Assembly: GCA_963847775.1 (NCBI GenBank)
Contig: CAWKAY010000015.1
Coordinates: 30,894-94,893, forward strand
DNA length: 64,000 nt
Direction: 5' to 3'
From: an uncultured Acidimicrobiaceae bacterium
GTDB lineage: Bacteria; Actinomycetota; Acidimicrobiia; Acidimicrobiales; Ilumatobacteraceae
How positions within the stretch are numbered: the first letter of the stretch is position 1; each line of letters starts with the position of its first letter. Below the pieces are notes generated by a model. It was not told the origin of the DNA. It made no database searches and was given only the letters and a program-made list of their open reading frames with translations. A program made the translations under genes and the position numbers. Shown here one piece after another: positions 1 through 8,610 of the stretch.

Positions 1-173
1 TCGGCGATGAGCTCGATCCGGCGCTCCGCCGAGATCCCGGCGAGAAGCCGGACGACCGGGGTGGCGTTCCACGACCGGTCGGCCATCGGTCGCAAGCCAT
101 TGCGTACGAACAGCGTCGGGCGACCGACCGGGCTGGCATCGATGATCGCTCGCGCGCCTCGTCGACGGTGCAC
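1..173 (-). CDS. 5' end of an unidentified gene running off the left edge (a duplicated alternative start lies at 293)
   Basis: The minus frame reads (V)HRRRGARAIIDASPVGRPTLFVRNGLRPMADRSWNATPVVRLLAGISAERRIELIA. Third positions are G/C-rich and there is no stop before the window edge, so it is absent from the ORF track. Confidence 0.35.
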   Translation of the reverse strand, partial: MHRRRGARAIIDASPVGRPTLFVRNGLRPMADRSWNATPVVRLLAGISAERRIELIA

Positions 174-354
174 ACCCGGACGGGATCGGACGCGGGTACT
201 GACTGGACGGCTCGTCGTCGATGACCGGACGCGTGTCGGGCGACCGACCGGGCTGGCATCGATGATCGCTCGCGCGCCTCGTCGACGGTGCACACCCGGA
301 CGGGGTCGGACGCGGGTACTGACGGGACGGCTCGTCGTCGATGACCGGACGCGT
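115..354. repeat. 120-bp tandem direct duplication, 2 copies
   Basis: 121-180 is identical to 241-300. 181-240 differs from 301-360 at 3 positions. Confidence 0.9.
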
Positions 355-422
355 GTCGAGCGCGACGGTGTCGGTGCGTTCACCGTTCCGGTGCAGCAGA
401 CACGCGCACTCTGGGGGGACGG

Positions 423-1419
423 TCAGCTGCGCACGTCGACGACACTGCGGCCCGTCGCCTCGCCGGCGAGGATGCCAGTGAGAACGCCGTCGAGCTGGTC
501 GAGCGAGACGTCGTGGCCGATCTCGGCCAACCGGGACGGCTTGAGATCCGACCCGATGCGCACCCACGTGGCGCGCCGGCGATCCATCGCCATCTCGACC
601 GAGTCGATGCCCAGCAGGTTCACACCACGCAGGATGAACGGCATGACGGTCGTGTTCAGCCCCGGGCCCCCGGTCAACCCACTCGCTGCCACAGAACCGC
701 CATAGTGGATCCGCTTCAGCACGTTCGCCAAGGTGACACCGCCGACGCAGTCGACCGCTCCGGCCCACACGGTGGATTCCAGGGGCCGCCGGCCCTCCTC
801 GGCGAGCTCGTTGCGGTCGATGATGGAGCTCGCGCCCAGCCCCGTCAGGAAGTCGGCGGCCGACGCCTTCCCCGTGCTGGCGACCACCTCGTAGCCGAGG
901 TTCGAGAGCATGTCGACCGCAGTCGAACCGACCCCACCCGTTGCGCCGGTGACCAGCACCGGACCGGACTCGGGCCTGACGCCATGCTCCTGGAGGGCGA
1001 TCACCGACAGCGCCGAGGTGAAACCGCCGGTGCCGACCACCATCGCATCCCGCGTCGACAACCCGTCGGGCAGCGCGATGAGCCATTCGGCAGGAACCCG
1101 CCGCGTAGTGCGCATAGCCACCATGGCGTGCCACGCCGATCGTGTACCCGTGAGCGATCACCTCGGTGCCGGCCGGCATCCCGGGAGCGTCCTCGACGAG
1201 GACACCGGCGAGGTCGACACCGGGCACGATCGGCGAGATCCGGGCGACCCGGCCGGTCGGGGTGGAGGCAAGTCCGTCCTTGTAGTTGACACTCGACCAA
1301 TGCACCTCGACGAGGACACCGTCGTCGGGGAGCTCATCGACCGACATGGTGACGACCCCACGGTCGATCTGCTCACCCTCGGTGACGGCTCGGAACGCTC
1401 GGAACTCTCTCACGGTCAT
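423..1419 (-). pseudogene. YhdH/AcuI-type NADPH-dependent quinone/acrylyl-CoA oxidoreductase (MDR family), frame broken by one extra base near 1101
   Basis: The N-terminal part from ATG 1419 reads MTVREF...VEVHWSSVNYKDGLA...HGGYAHYA in one frame. It continues as RVPAEWLIALPDGLS...VTGATGGVGS... in ORF 423..1124. Removing one G at 1101 gives ...GGYAHYARVPAEW..., as in E. coli YhdH. Confidence 0.75.
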
Positions 1420-1480
1420 GTCCGGTGACCCTACGATCTCACCCTCGTACCGAACACATCGACCCCGCCACCGTTGGGGC

Positions 1481-1670
1481 TTCTGTCAGCCAGCGGCGCG
1501 CACCGAGCACGGGCTCAGCCGACAGAACGCACACCGCAAGAGCACCCCACCCACCCCGCGCGTTCTGTCAGCCAGCGGCGCGCACCGAGCACGGGCTCAG
1601 CCGACAGAACGCACACGGCAGGAGCACCCCACCCCACCACGCCGCGCGTTCTGTCAGCCAGCGGCGCGCA
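1481..1670. repeat. Tandem 82-86-bp hairpin-containing repeat, 2 full copies plus a 22-bp third start
   Basis: Units start at 1481, 1563 and 1649 with TTCTGTCAGCCAGCGGCGCGCA. Each full unit carries the inverted repeat TTCTGTC...GACAGAA. Confidence 0.85.
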
Positions 1671-1701
1671 GCGACCGGAGAGGACCGGCACCTCCGACTG
1701 G

Positions 1702-2874
1702 TCAGCCGAGCGTCGGCGCGAAGAACCCGTCGGGGATGACCAGGTCGCTGGGCGACAGCTCCGCGATCGACGACTTGCCCAACCCGAGCAGGCTCGAGTC
1801 GATGCCCATCCGCAAGACGTCGAGCACGTTCTCGACCCCAGCCTGGCCGTTGGCAGCGAGCCCCCACAGGTACGCCCGACCGATCATCACGGCCTGCGCA
1901 CCGAGGGCGAGCGCCTTGACGACGTCGCTCCCGCGGCGGATGCCACCGTCCATCACGATCTCGATCTGGTCGCCGACGGCGGCGACGATCTCGGGCAGCA
2001 CCCGGATCGGCGCCGGCGTGCCATCGAGGTTGTTGCCGCCGTGGTTCGACACCGAGAGTGCCGTCGCACCCGAATCGACCGCCCGTCGAGCCTCATCGGC
2101 ACGGACGATGCCCTTGACCATGAACGGTCCGCCCCAGTGCTCGCGCAGCCAGGCGACGTCGTCCCACGTGGGTGGCGGCGTGCCCATCCAGACGCCGTAA
2201 GCGTCGAAGAAGTGCGGGGCGGCTTCGCCACGAGGCGCGACGTTCGGCACGTCGAGACCAGGAATCTGACCGGTCCGCAGCCACTCGATCAGCCACGCCG
2301 GACGCATGATCGCCTCGGGGACGTGCTTGAGCAGGGTCAACGGCTTCATGTCCTGCGGAATCGACGGGCTTCCCCAGTCGCGGCTGTGCACGAATGACCA
2401 GTCGAGCGTGAGGATCAAGCCGCCCACCCCGGCTGCCTTGGCGCGCTCCAGGCGGGCGATCATCGAGTCGCGATCGCCGGCCCAGTAGATCTGGAAGAAC
2501 GTCTGCGGGTTGGCCGCGACCACGTCCTCGAGCGGTTTGCTCGCGAACGAGCTGAGGCCCATCACGACACCGCGGGAAGCGGCCCCGCGGGCGACAGCCA
2601 GCTCCCCGTCGGGGTGGACGGCCTGCACTCCGGTCGGCGAGATGATCACCGGCATCGACATCGGCTGCCCCATGACCTCGGTCGCCATCTCGCGCGACGG
2701 CGACTGCCCGGCGGTGATCGGACGAAGACCGAGCTCGTCGAACGCCGCCGTGTTGTCAGCGAGGGTCAACCCCTTCTCGGTGCCGGCGACGAGCGCCCCG
2801 TACACCGATTTGGGAAGTTTGCGCTTGGCACGGCGCTGAGCGACCGCCACCGACTCGAACCAGACGTTTGCCAC
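1702..2874 (-). CDS. FMN-dependent alpha-hydroxy-acid dehydrogenase/oxidase (LldD/MftD-like)
   Basis: 390-aa ORF with a GTG start. Motifs seen: SVSNHGGNNLDG, DGGIRRGSDVVKALALGA, RAYLWGLA. Confidence 0.85.
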   Translation of the reverse strand: MANVWFESVAVAQRRAKRKLPKSVYGALVAGTEKGLTLADNTAAFDELGLRPITAGQSPSREMATEVMGQPMSMPVIISPTGVQAVHPDGELAVARGAASRGVVMGLSSFASKPLEDVVAANPQTFFQIYWAGDRDSMIARLERAKAAGVGGLILTLDWSFVHSRDWGSPSIPQDMKPLTLLKHVPEAIMRPAWLIEWLRTGQIPGLDVPNVAPRGEAAPHFFDAYGVWMGTPPPTWDDVAWLREHWGGPFMVKGIVRADEARRAVDSGATALSVSNHGGNNLDGTPAPIRVLPEIVAAVGDQIEIVMDGGIRRGSDVVKALALGAQAVMIGRAYLWGLAANGQAGVENVLDVLRMGIDSSLLGLGKSSIAELSPSDLVIPDGFFAPTLG

Positions 2875-2907
2875 CGACTCAGCGTAGGGGCCCGGCCGGA
2901 ACGATCG

Positions 2908-3288
2908 TTAGCTGCGCCCGCCTGGGGCTGCGTCGAGGCGACGCACGAGCGTGGCGGGCGCCGTGTTGCGGGAGCTGACCTCCAGCCAATCACCGAGGTC
3001 GTCGTACTCGACATCGGCCAACCGGATCAGCATCGCGCGGTACCCCGCGTCGAGACGGGGCTTCTCATCGACGTCACGGAACACGACGAGCGCACCGGTG
3101 TGGTGAACGTCGTCACGGTCGTGCACACGATCCGACCGCACGCGACAGAAGCTGGTGCGTCGAACGCGGAGCGACGGGGCGCCGGAGGCCGTGCCCACCG
3201 ACACCTCGGGCCACTCGGCAGTGATCCGCTGCTCGGCGTCGAAGGTCGCGCCGGGCACGAACGCCGATCGTACGTTGCCACCCGTCAC
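2908..3288 (-). CDS. Hypothetical protein (126 aa), probably co-transcribed with the dehydrogenase
   Basis: GTG start, ends 34 nt upstream of 2874. Hand-counted G/C at third positions is about 80 percent. No family recognised. Confidence 0.45.
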   Translation of the reverse strand: MTGGNVRSAFVPGATFDAEQRITAEWPEVSVGTASGAPSLRVRRTSFCRVRSDRVHDRDDVHHTGALVVFRDVDEKPRLDAGYRAMLIRLADVEYDDLGDWLEVSSRNTAPATLVRRLDAAPGGRS

Positions 3289-3308
3289 GAACGTCTACCG
3301 TTGCGCTC

Positions 3309-3809
3309 ATGAGCGCGACCCCGCCGCCACCACCGCCACCTCCCCCGGGTGGAGGATCCCCGCCGCCGCCACCACCGCCGCCGGGCGGCGTTTCACAGCC
3401 GCAGCCCGCATTCGGCGCGCAGCCGGCGATGGCGCAGCGCGGGCAACAGCTCGGCAAACGTCGATCGACCGGCTTGGTGATCCTGCTCACCATCGTGACG
3501 TGCGGGGTCTGGGCGATCGTCTGGTCGTTCCAGAACGGCGACGAGCTGCAACGCTGGTCAGGCAAGGGCATCGGCGGCGTCGGCTACCTCTTGATCACGG
3601 TGTTCATCTCACCGGTGACGATGTTCCTCCTGGCCGGTGAGGTGGAGCAGCTCTACCGCGACGAGGGGCGCGAGCCACCGATCACGACCATCTGGGGTCT
3701 GTGGTTCCTGCTCCCACTGATCGGCAACCTGATCTGGTACATCCGTATCCAGGACGCGATCAACTCGTACTGGACGGCCCACGGCCAGACCAACGACCCC
3801 GGTCTCTGA
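3309..3809 (+). CDS. DUF4234-like small membrane protein with N-terminal poly-proline tracts
   Basis: Starts MSATPPPPPPPPPGGGSPPPPPPPPGG, followed by hydrophobic segments with TCGVWAIVW and a YIRIQDAIN tail. Confidence 0.65.
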   Translation: MSATPPPPPPPPPGGGSPPPPPPPPGGVSQPQPAFGAQPAMAQRGQQLGKRRSTGLVILLTIVTCGVWAIVWSFQNGDELQRWSGKGIGGVGYLLITVFISPVTMFLLAGEVEQLYRDEGREPPITTIWGLWFLLPLIGNLIWYIRIQDAINSYWTAHGQTNDPGL

Positions 3810-3843
3810 CGTGCGGGCGCACGGCATTGACGTGCCGTGCGGT

Positions 3844-4386
3844 TCAGGTTGCGGCGATGATCGAGTCGCCGCGTGACACGTCGTCGAGGTGGTGGACCGG
3901 ATCGTGGAGGAAGTAGCGCGCGAACGAATCGACGGTGAACGACGAGCCGTCGCTGCGGTCGCCCGTGCGCGCCCACTGATCGTCCCGCACGGCGTCCCAT
4001 CGATCGGCGATGGTCGCGGCAGCGTCGACCAGCTCGCGGCTGACGACCAGCGGGTCCTGGAGGTCGTACCGCCCCTCGACGGCCGCGACGTCCTGATCCC
4101 AGTTCTCGAACTGCGGGTTGTCGTGCTCGAGCATCAGACGCAACCGCTCGTCGAACAGCCGAAGGACATCGCGGACATGGCAGCCGTACTCGAGCGCGGA
4201 CCACCGCTCGTCGGTCGGACGCATCTGGGCGGTGTCGCTCCGGAGGAGCAGGGGCCACGCAGCCGCGTTCGCACGCACCATCCGGCCCAACTGTGTCCTG
4301 TCGACAGCACGGGCGTCGAACCCGCACTCGGGGCACGCTTCGTCGAGCACCCACGTCCAGTTCTTCGTGTCGGGAATGATCGCCAT
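3844..4386 (-). CDS. DinB-like (DinB_2 / mycothiol-dependent isomerase N-domain-like) protein
   Basis: 180-aa ORF with a CPECG motif near the N-terminus, YGCHVRDVL and a FLHDPVHHLDDV histidine-rich end. Confidence 0.65.
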   Translation of the reverse strand: MAIIPDTKNWTWVLDEACPECGFDARAVDRTQLGRMVRANAAAWPLLLRSDTAQMRPTDERWSALEYGCHVRDVLRLFDERLRLMLEHDNPQFENWDQDVAAVEGRYDLQDPLVVSRELVDAAATIADRWDAVRDDQWARTGDRSDGSSFTVDSFARYFLHDPVHHLDDVSRGDSIIAAT

Positions 4387-4454
4387 GCCTGGAACCTACC
4401 GAGCGAACCGACCACGGGCAGACACCCGTGCAGTCGTCGACAGCGCAGCCCGAC

Positions 4455-4844
4455 TCAGACCGGGATCACGCGCAGGAGATGGTGCCAACGACATTCACCG
4501 CACGCCTCGACGACGTACGCGGTGAGCTCACCGCGTGCGCGCGTGCCGAGCTGACGCATCTCCTTGGCCGTCGACACGCAGCGACCTTGCGGCGACAACC
4601 CGTGCCCGAACACGTAGGTGACGATTCGCAGCTTCGACTCCTCGCAGATCGGGCAGTCGGCGGTCGTCTCGGTGCCGACGTTGCGCGCAGCGCGAATCAG
4701 CTCCGGGTGGGCATCGCACACCTCGGTGCGGCTGATGCGACCGAGGCGCACCTGGTTGATGAGCATCCGCCGGGCCAGTCGATGATCGACGATGCCGCGA
4801 CGGGATTCGCCACCACCGCGCAAGGCACCGACCGAGAAACCCAT
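4455..4844 (-). CDS. DUF5318-like conserved actinobacterial Cys-containing protein (129 aa)
   Basis: Internal ATG at 4844 of ORF 4455..5291. Reads MGFSVGALRGG...CPICEES...EACGECRWHHLLRV. Confidence 0.65.
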   Translation of the reverse strand: MGFSVGALRGGGESRRGIVDHRLARRMLINQVRLGRISRTEVCDAHPELIRAARNVGTETTADCPICEESKLRIVTYVFGHGLSPQGRCVSTAKEMRQLGTRARGELTAYVVEACGECRWHHLLRVIPV

Positions 4845-4878
4845 CTCTTCAGGGTAGCGATCCGCCAGACTGGTCGGC

Positions 4879-5469
4879 GTGACGACACCCATCCGGTTCG
4901 GACGAGACATCCCCGACGACGCCGAGCTACGCCTGTGCGGCGATCTGAGCGACGGCAAGCGAGCACTCGAGCTCGGCGTCAGCCGCAACCAGAACGCGAT
5001 CGCATTCGCGCTCGCCGGCGCGAAGTCGATCGCCATCGATTCCGATGCAGGTGCGATCGATCGGCTGCGCGACACCGCTGCGAAACATGAGGTGCGTGTG
5101 GAGTGCCACGTGAGCGACCTCGCCGATCTGGGGTTCGCGACGAGCGGGTCGGTCGCGGCCGTCGTCGCCGACCACAGCCTGATCGACGTGGACGATCTCG
5201 GTCGGCTGCTCCGCCAGGTGCATCGGGTGCTCACGTCGAGCCACCCGTTCGTCATCTCGGTGCCGCATCCGTTCGCCGCCGTGCACACCACCGACGCGAT
5301 GGGGTCGAAGGTGCATCCCTACGGCTCGGTCGGCCGCACGATCGGTGACTGGCACACGCACCTCGGCCGCGCCAACTTCCGCGTCGATCGCATCCTCGAG
5401 CTGGGCGTCAGCGACATCTCCCCGGTCCCGACCACCCTCATCCTGCGCGCCGTCAAAGAAGGCGACTGA
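4879..5469 (+). CDS. Class I SAM-dependent methyltransferase
   Basis: 196-aa ORF, GTG start. Has an ALELGVS glycine-rich SAM motif and a VLTSSHPFVISVPHP post-I region. Confidence 0.65.
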   Translation: MTTPIRFGRDIPDDAELRLCGDLSDGKRALELGVSRNQNAIAFALAGAKSIAIDSDAGAIDRLRDTAAKHEVRVECHVSDLADLGFATSGSVAAVVADHSLIDVDDLGRLLRQVHRVLTSSHPFVISVPHPFAAVHTTDAMGSKVHPYGSVGRTIGDWHTHLGRANFRVDRILELGVSDISPVPTTLILRAVKEGD

Positions 5470-5489
5470 CCCACCGTCACGGTTGGGCC

Positions 5490-5522
5490 CCGCACAGTTG
5501 GGGTCTGACCCCAAGTGTGCGG
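5490..5522. terminator. Strong hairpin between convergent genes (16-nt arms, 1 mismatch), core TTGGGGTCTGACCCCAA
   Basis: CCGCACAGTTGGGGTC-T-GACCCCAAGTGTGCGG lies between the stop at 5469 (+) and the stop at 5532 (-). Confidence 0.5.
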
Positions 5523-5531
5523 ACGGTGACG

Positions 5532-7688
5532 TCAGACGCTGGTTCGTTCACGTTCGATGAGGGCCGCCGGGCGGGGGCGGCCGAACAGGTAGCCCTGACC
5601 CCGGTCGCACTGCAGCTCGCGCAGGCGCGACAGCTGCAAGGGAGATTCGATGCCTTCGGCCACGACGCTCAAACCCAACGACTGGCCGAGCCGGACCACC
5701 GCTTCGACGATCGTGGTGTCCTCCGACTCGATCCCGAGACCCGCCACGAAGGAGCGATCGACCTTGATCGCCTCGACCGGGAAGCGTTTCAGGTACGTGA
5801 GCGACGAATAGCCCGTCCCGAAATCGTCGACGGAGAGGTGCAGACCGAGGCTCCGCAACTCGCGCAGCGCCACCGACGCGGCCTTGACATCCGCGAGCAG
5901 CGCAGTCTCGGTGATCTCCAACCAGAGCGAGTCGGCGTCGACCCCGGTCTCGGCGAGCGCCTGGCTGACCACGTCGTAGAAGTTCGGATCGATCAGTTGT
6001 CGGGTCCCGACGTTCACCGACAGCGAGCATTGGGCGAACTCGTGACCGGCGGCGCGCCACTGCGCGAGCTGGGCGAGCGAATCGCGCAGCATCCGTGCAC
6101 CGAGCTCGACGAGCAACCCGGTCTCCTCCGACAGCGGAAGGAACTCGATCGGCGCCAGGAGCCCCCGGTCGGGATGCAACCAACGCGAGAGCACCTCGAA
6201 TCCGAGAACCCGCCCGGACTCGAGATCGACGATCGGCTGGAAGTACGGGACGATCTCGCCGCGCTCGATGCCGCGTCGCAATTCGCCGGCCGTGCGCAGC
6301 GCTTGCACGCCGGTCTCGTGACCGCCGGCCTCGAACGCCTCCACGCAGTCGCGTCCGCGCGCTTTGGCGCGATACATCGCGGCGTCGGCGTCGCGCAGCA
6401 GATCATTGGGGGACATACCGGGTTCGTAGTTGGTCGAGTATCCGATCGAAGCCGTCACGAACAGTTCGTGCTCGCCGACCGTCACCGGCGGATGGACCCC
6501 CCGGCGCAACCTCTCGGCGACGTCGACCGGCTCACCGGCAAGGACGACGATGAACTCGTCGCCACCGAAGCGCGCCAACACATCGTCCTCGCGCAACGCC
6601 GAACGAAGTCGCTCGGACACGACCTGGATCAGCTCGTCACCGACCTCGTGGCCGAGGCTGTCGTTGATCACCTTGAACTGGTCGAGATCGACGAACAACA
6701 CCGCGACCTCGTCGACGCCGGCCGTACCGAGACGGTCCTGGAGGATGTGCATCAAGTACGCGCGGTTCGGCAACCCGGTGAGCTCGTCGTGGCGGGCGGC
6801 ATAGCGGAGTTGCTCGGCGGCGCGACGCTGTTCGGTGACGTCCTCGATGTGAGTGATGGCGAGCATCACGCCGTCGTCCTCGGTGGTCGAGACCCGGGTG
6901 CGGGCCCAGATGAAGTCACCGTCACGGCGGCGGTACCGCTGATCGATTCGGAACGAATCGACGATGCCGAGCTCGAGCCGCGCCCGGTGTGGTTGTGCGG
7001 CACGGACATCGTCGGGGTGGGTGAACTCACGAAGCGTGCAACCGACGAGCTCGTTGACCTCGCGCCGCAACATCTCGGCGAGCGACAGGTTGGCGTCGAC
7101 GATCCGGCCGTCGTCGAGGCGCACCAACGCCATGCCGGTGGGGGCGGAATGGAACGCCTGCTGGAAGCGCCGACGAGCCTGATGCAGCGCTCGGCTCTGC
7201 TGCTCGCGCTCGGAAACGTCTCGAAAGCGGACGACGAGTCGACGTTCCTGGTCGAACACCGGACTGTGTCGGGGCAGATGGAACGACGCCTCCACGACCA
7301 CGCGTCGGCGTACGCCGGCGTGGACCTCGAGCTGGACCGGCTCGAGCTCCTCACCGCCGAAGGCGCGAGCGATGGAGTCGCGCAGCTGTGCCTGTTCCTC
7401 GCCGTCAGCGTGATCGAGCAGGTCGCTCTCGACGAGCTCGCGCCTGGCGAGATCGAACAGGGCGAGCGCAGCGGCGTTGGTCGAGCGAACGATGTGGTCC
7501 TGGTCGACGAGCAGCACCGCTTCGGGAAGCTCGTCGAGCAACCGACGGACCTCGTGCTCGGCTGCCTCGACCGCCTCGAGCTGACGGGTCATCCGCATCG
7601 TCTGACGACGGTTGATCCAGATGCCGACCACGAGCGCGGCAACCGACACGATGCCGAAGGCGATCACGAGTCTGTCGGCACCGTTCAC
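5532..7688 (-). CDS. Membrane-anchored PAS-GGDEF-EAL c-di-GMP turnover protein
   Basis: 718 aa with an N-terminal TM segment. Motifs seen: RFGGDEFIVVL, EITETALL, DDFGTGYSSL, AEGIES, QGYLF. Confidence 0.9.
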   Translation of the reverse strand: MNGADRLVIAFGIVSVAALVVGIWINRRQTMRMTRQLEAVEAAEHEVRRLLDELPEAVLLVDQDHIVRSTNAAALALFDLARRELVESDLLDHADGEEQAQLRDSIARAFGGEELEPVQLEVHAGVRRRVVVEASFHLPRHSPVFDQERRLVVRFRDVSEREQQSRALHQARRRFQQAFHSAPTGMALVRLDDGRIVDANLSLAEMLRREVNELVGCTLREFTHPDDVRAAQPHRARLELGIVDSFRIDQRYRRRDGDFIWARTRVSTTEDDGVMLAITHIEDVTEQRRAAEQLRYAARHDELTGLPNRAYLMHILQDRLGTAGVDEVAVLFVDLDQFKVINDSLGHEVGDELIQVVSERLRSALREDDVLARFGGDEFIVVLAGEPVDVAERLRRGVHPPVTVGEHELFVTASIGYSTNYEPGMSPNDLLRDADAAMYRAKARGRDCVEAFEAGGHETGVQALRTAGELRRGIERGEIVPYFQPIVDLESGRVLGFEVLSRWLHPDRGLLAPIEFLPLSEETGLLVELGARMLRDSLAQLAQWRAAGHEFAQCSLSVNVGTRQLIDPNFYDVVSQALAETGVDADSLWLEITETALLADVKAASVALRELRSLGLHLSVDDFGTGYSSLTYLKRFPVEAIKVDRSFVAGLGIESEDTTIVEAVVRLGQSLGLSVVAEGIESPLQLSRLRELQCDRGQGYLFGRPRPAALIERERTSV

Positions 7689-7934
7689 CGGGCAGAGACT
7701 AGGTGCGGACAGCTGCCCGACTGGGTGATACGCCCGCTATCACATCGTCAGAGGAGCAGATCTTGAGGAATCCTGAACGAACGCTCGCGAACGCGAACCG
7801 GTGGCGGGCGCGACACGGCCGGGGGGTCGCGCGCGTCGACGTTCGGTGCGGTCGGGCTGGCCGGCGGTCATCTCCACCGTCTCACGGCCACGGCTGCCGC
7901 CGTTCGGCACTGTCGCGACGAGCCCCGCCTCGCG

Positions 7935-8006
7935 AGCGTGTACCCCTCCCCGACGCGTACCCCACCCCGACGCGTACCCCACCCCGACGCGTACCCCACC
8001 CCGACG
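7935..8006. repeat. 17-bp tandem repeat GACGCGTACCCCACCCC, 3 perfect copies plus degenerate flanking copies
   Basis: Perfect units at 7952, 7969 and 7986. A degenerate unit lies at 7935 and a partial one at 8003. Confidence 0.85.
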
Positions 8007-8053
8007 TGAGCCGGACGTGCATCGGGTTCGCCCGCACCGGACAGGAGACGATC

Positions 8054-8525
8054 ATGAACGAGCCGTCTCGCGTCCGTGGCGGTCTGAGCACTCGCGCGGA
8101 CGACTCACGTCGGGAGACGGCGACTGGACCTACGTCCCGACGGAGATCGAGTTCGTGAAGGAAGCCGGCCGGAACACGTTCCTGCGCGGCCCGACCGCGG
8201 ACACGTCGTCCGGAGCTTCGAGGGCACCGGCCTCCAGGAGTTCACCCTGGTCTGCTCCGGACGGCAGGGATTCAACATCGGCGGGACTGTGTCCACCGGC
8301 ACCGCGACCGACGCATCCGGCGCCCTGCACACGGGCACGATGACGCTGCGCAGCGTCGGCAAGCAGGACCCGAGCAGCGTGGTTCCCGACCCGGACGACG
8401 ATGGTCCGTGGATCGGCACCCGGGTGATCCTGATCGGTACGGGCGAGCTCGAACGTGTCCACGGTCACCGCACGTCCACCGGACCGAGCCTCGACCTCGA
8501 GGGCCGGATCCACGCCGGCGGCTGA
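8054..8525 (+). pseudogene. Small beta-rich hypothetical protein whose coding signal passes through three frames (two apparent 1-base losses)
   Basis: GGAGA RBS plus ATG 8054 gives MNEPSRVRGGLSTRADD. The next frame reads TSGDGDWTYVPTEIEFVKEAGRNTFLRGPTAD (to about 8203). The third frame reads VVRSFEGTGLQEFTLVCSGRQGFNIGG...LDLEGRIHAGG, stopping at 8525. G/C-rich third positions follow these switches. Confidence 0.4.
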
Positions 8526-8610
8526 TCCGATCACCACGATCATGCGGGAACCAGAGCCTCCTCCCACCGTGGTGGGAGGGTGCTCGCGCGCGGATCCCGC
8601 ACCCGTGCGA

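Noticed and set aside
5498-5514. DosR/DevR box
   Set aside because: The half-sites resemble TTSGGGAC, but the spacing differs: 1 nt between GGGTC and GACCC versus 4 nt in the DosR consensus. I do not call it DosR.
5517-7766. 749-aa plus-strand ORF
   Set aside because: It lies antisense to the clearly real PAS-GGDEF-EAL gene. Its composition is Arg/Gly/Asp/Leu-rich, typical of mirror ORFs in high-G+C DNA. The same applies to 8455..10122 (+), 17540..19294 (-), 29612..30916 (-), 34725..36293 (-), 37549..39150 (-), 45703..47481 (-), 49988..51850 (+), 58793..61663 (-) and 61730..63091 (-).
7935-8006. GGGTAC motifs inside the 17-bp repeat (minus strand) as SigF -10 elements
   Set aside because: No GTTT-type -35 lies at the right spacing, and they are more than 250 bp from the nearest minus-strand start.
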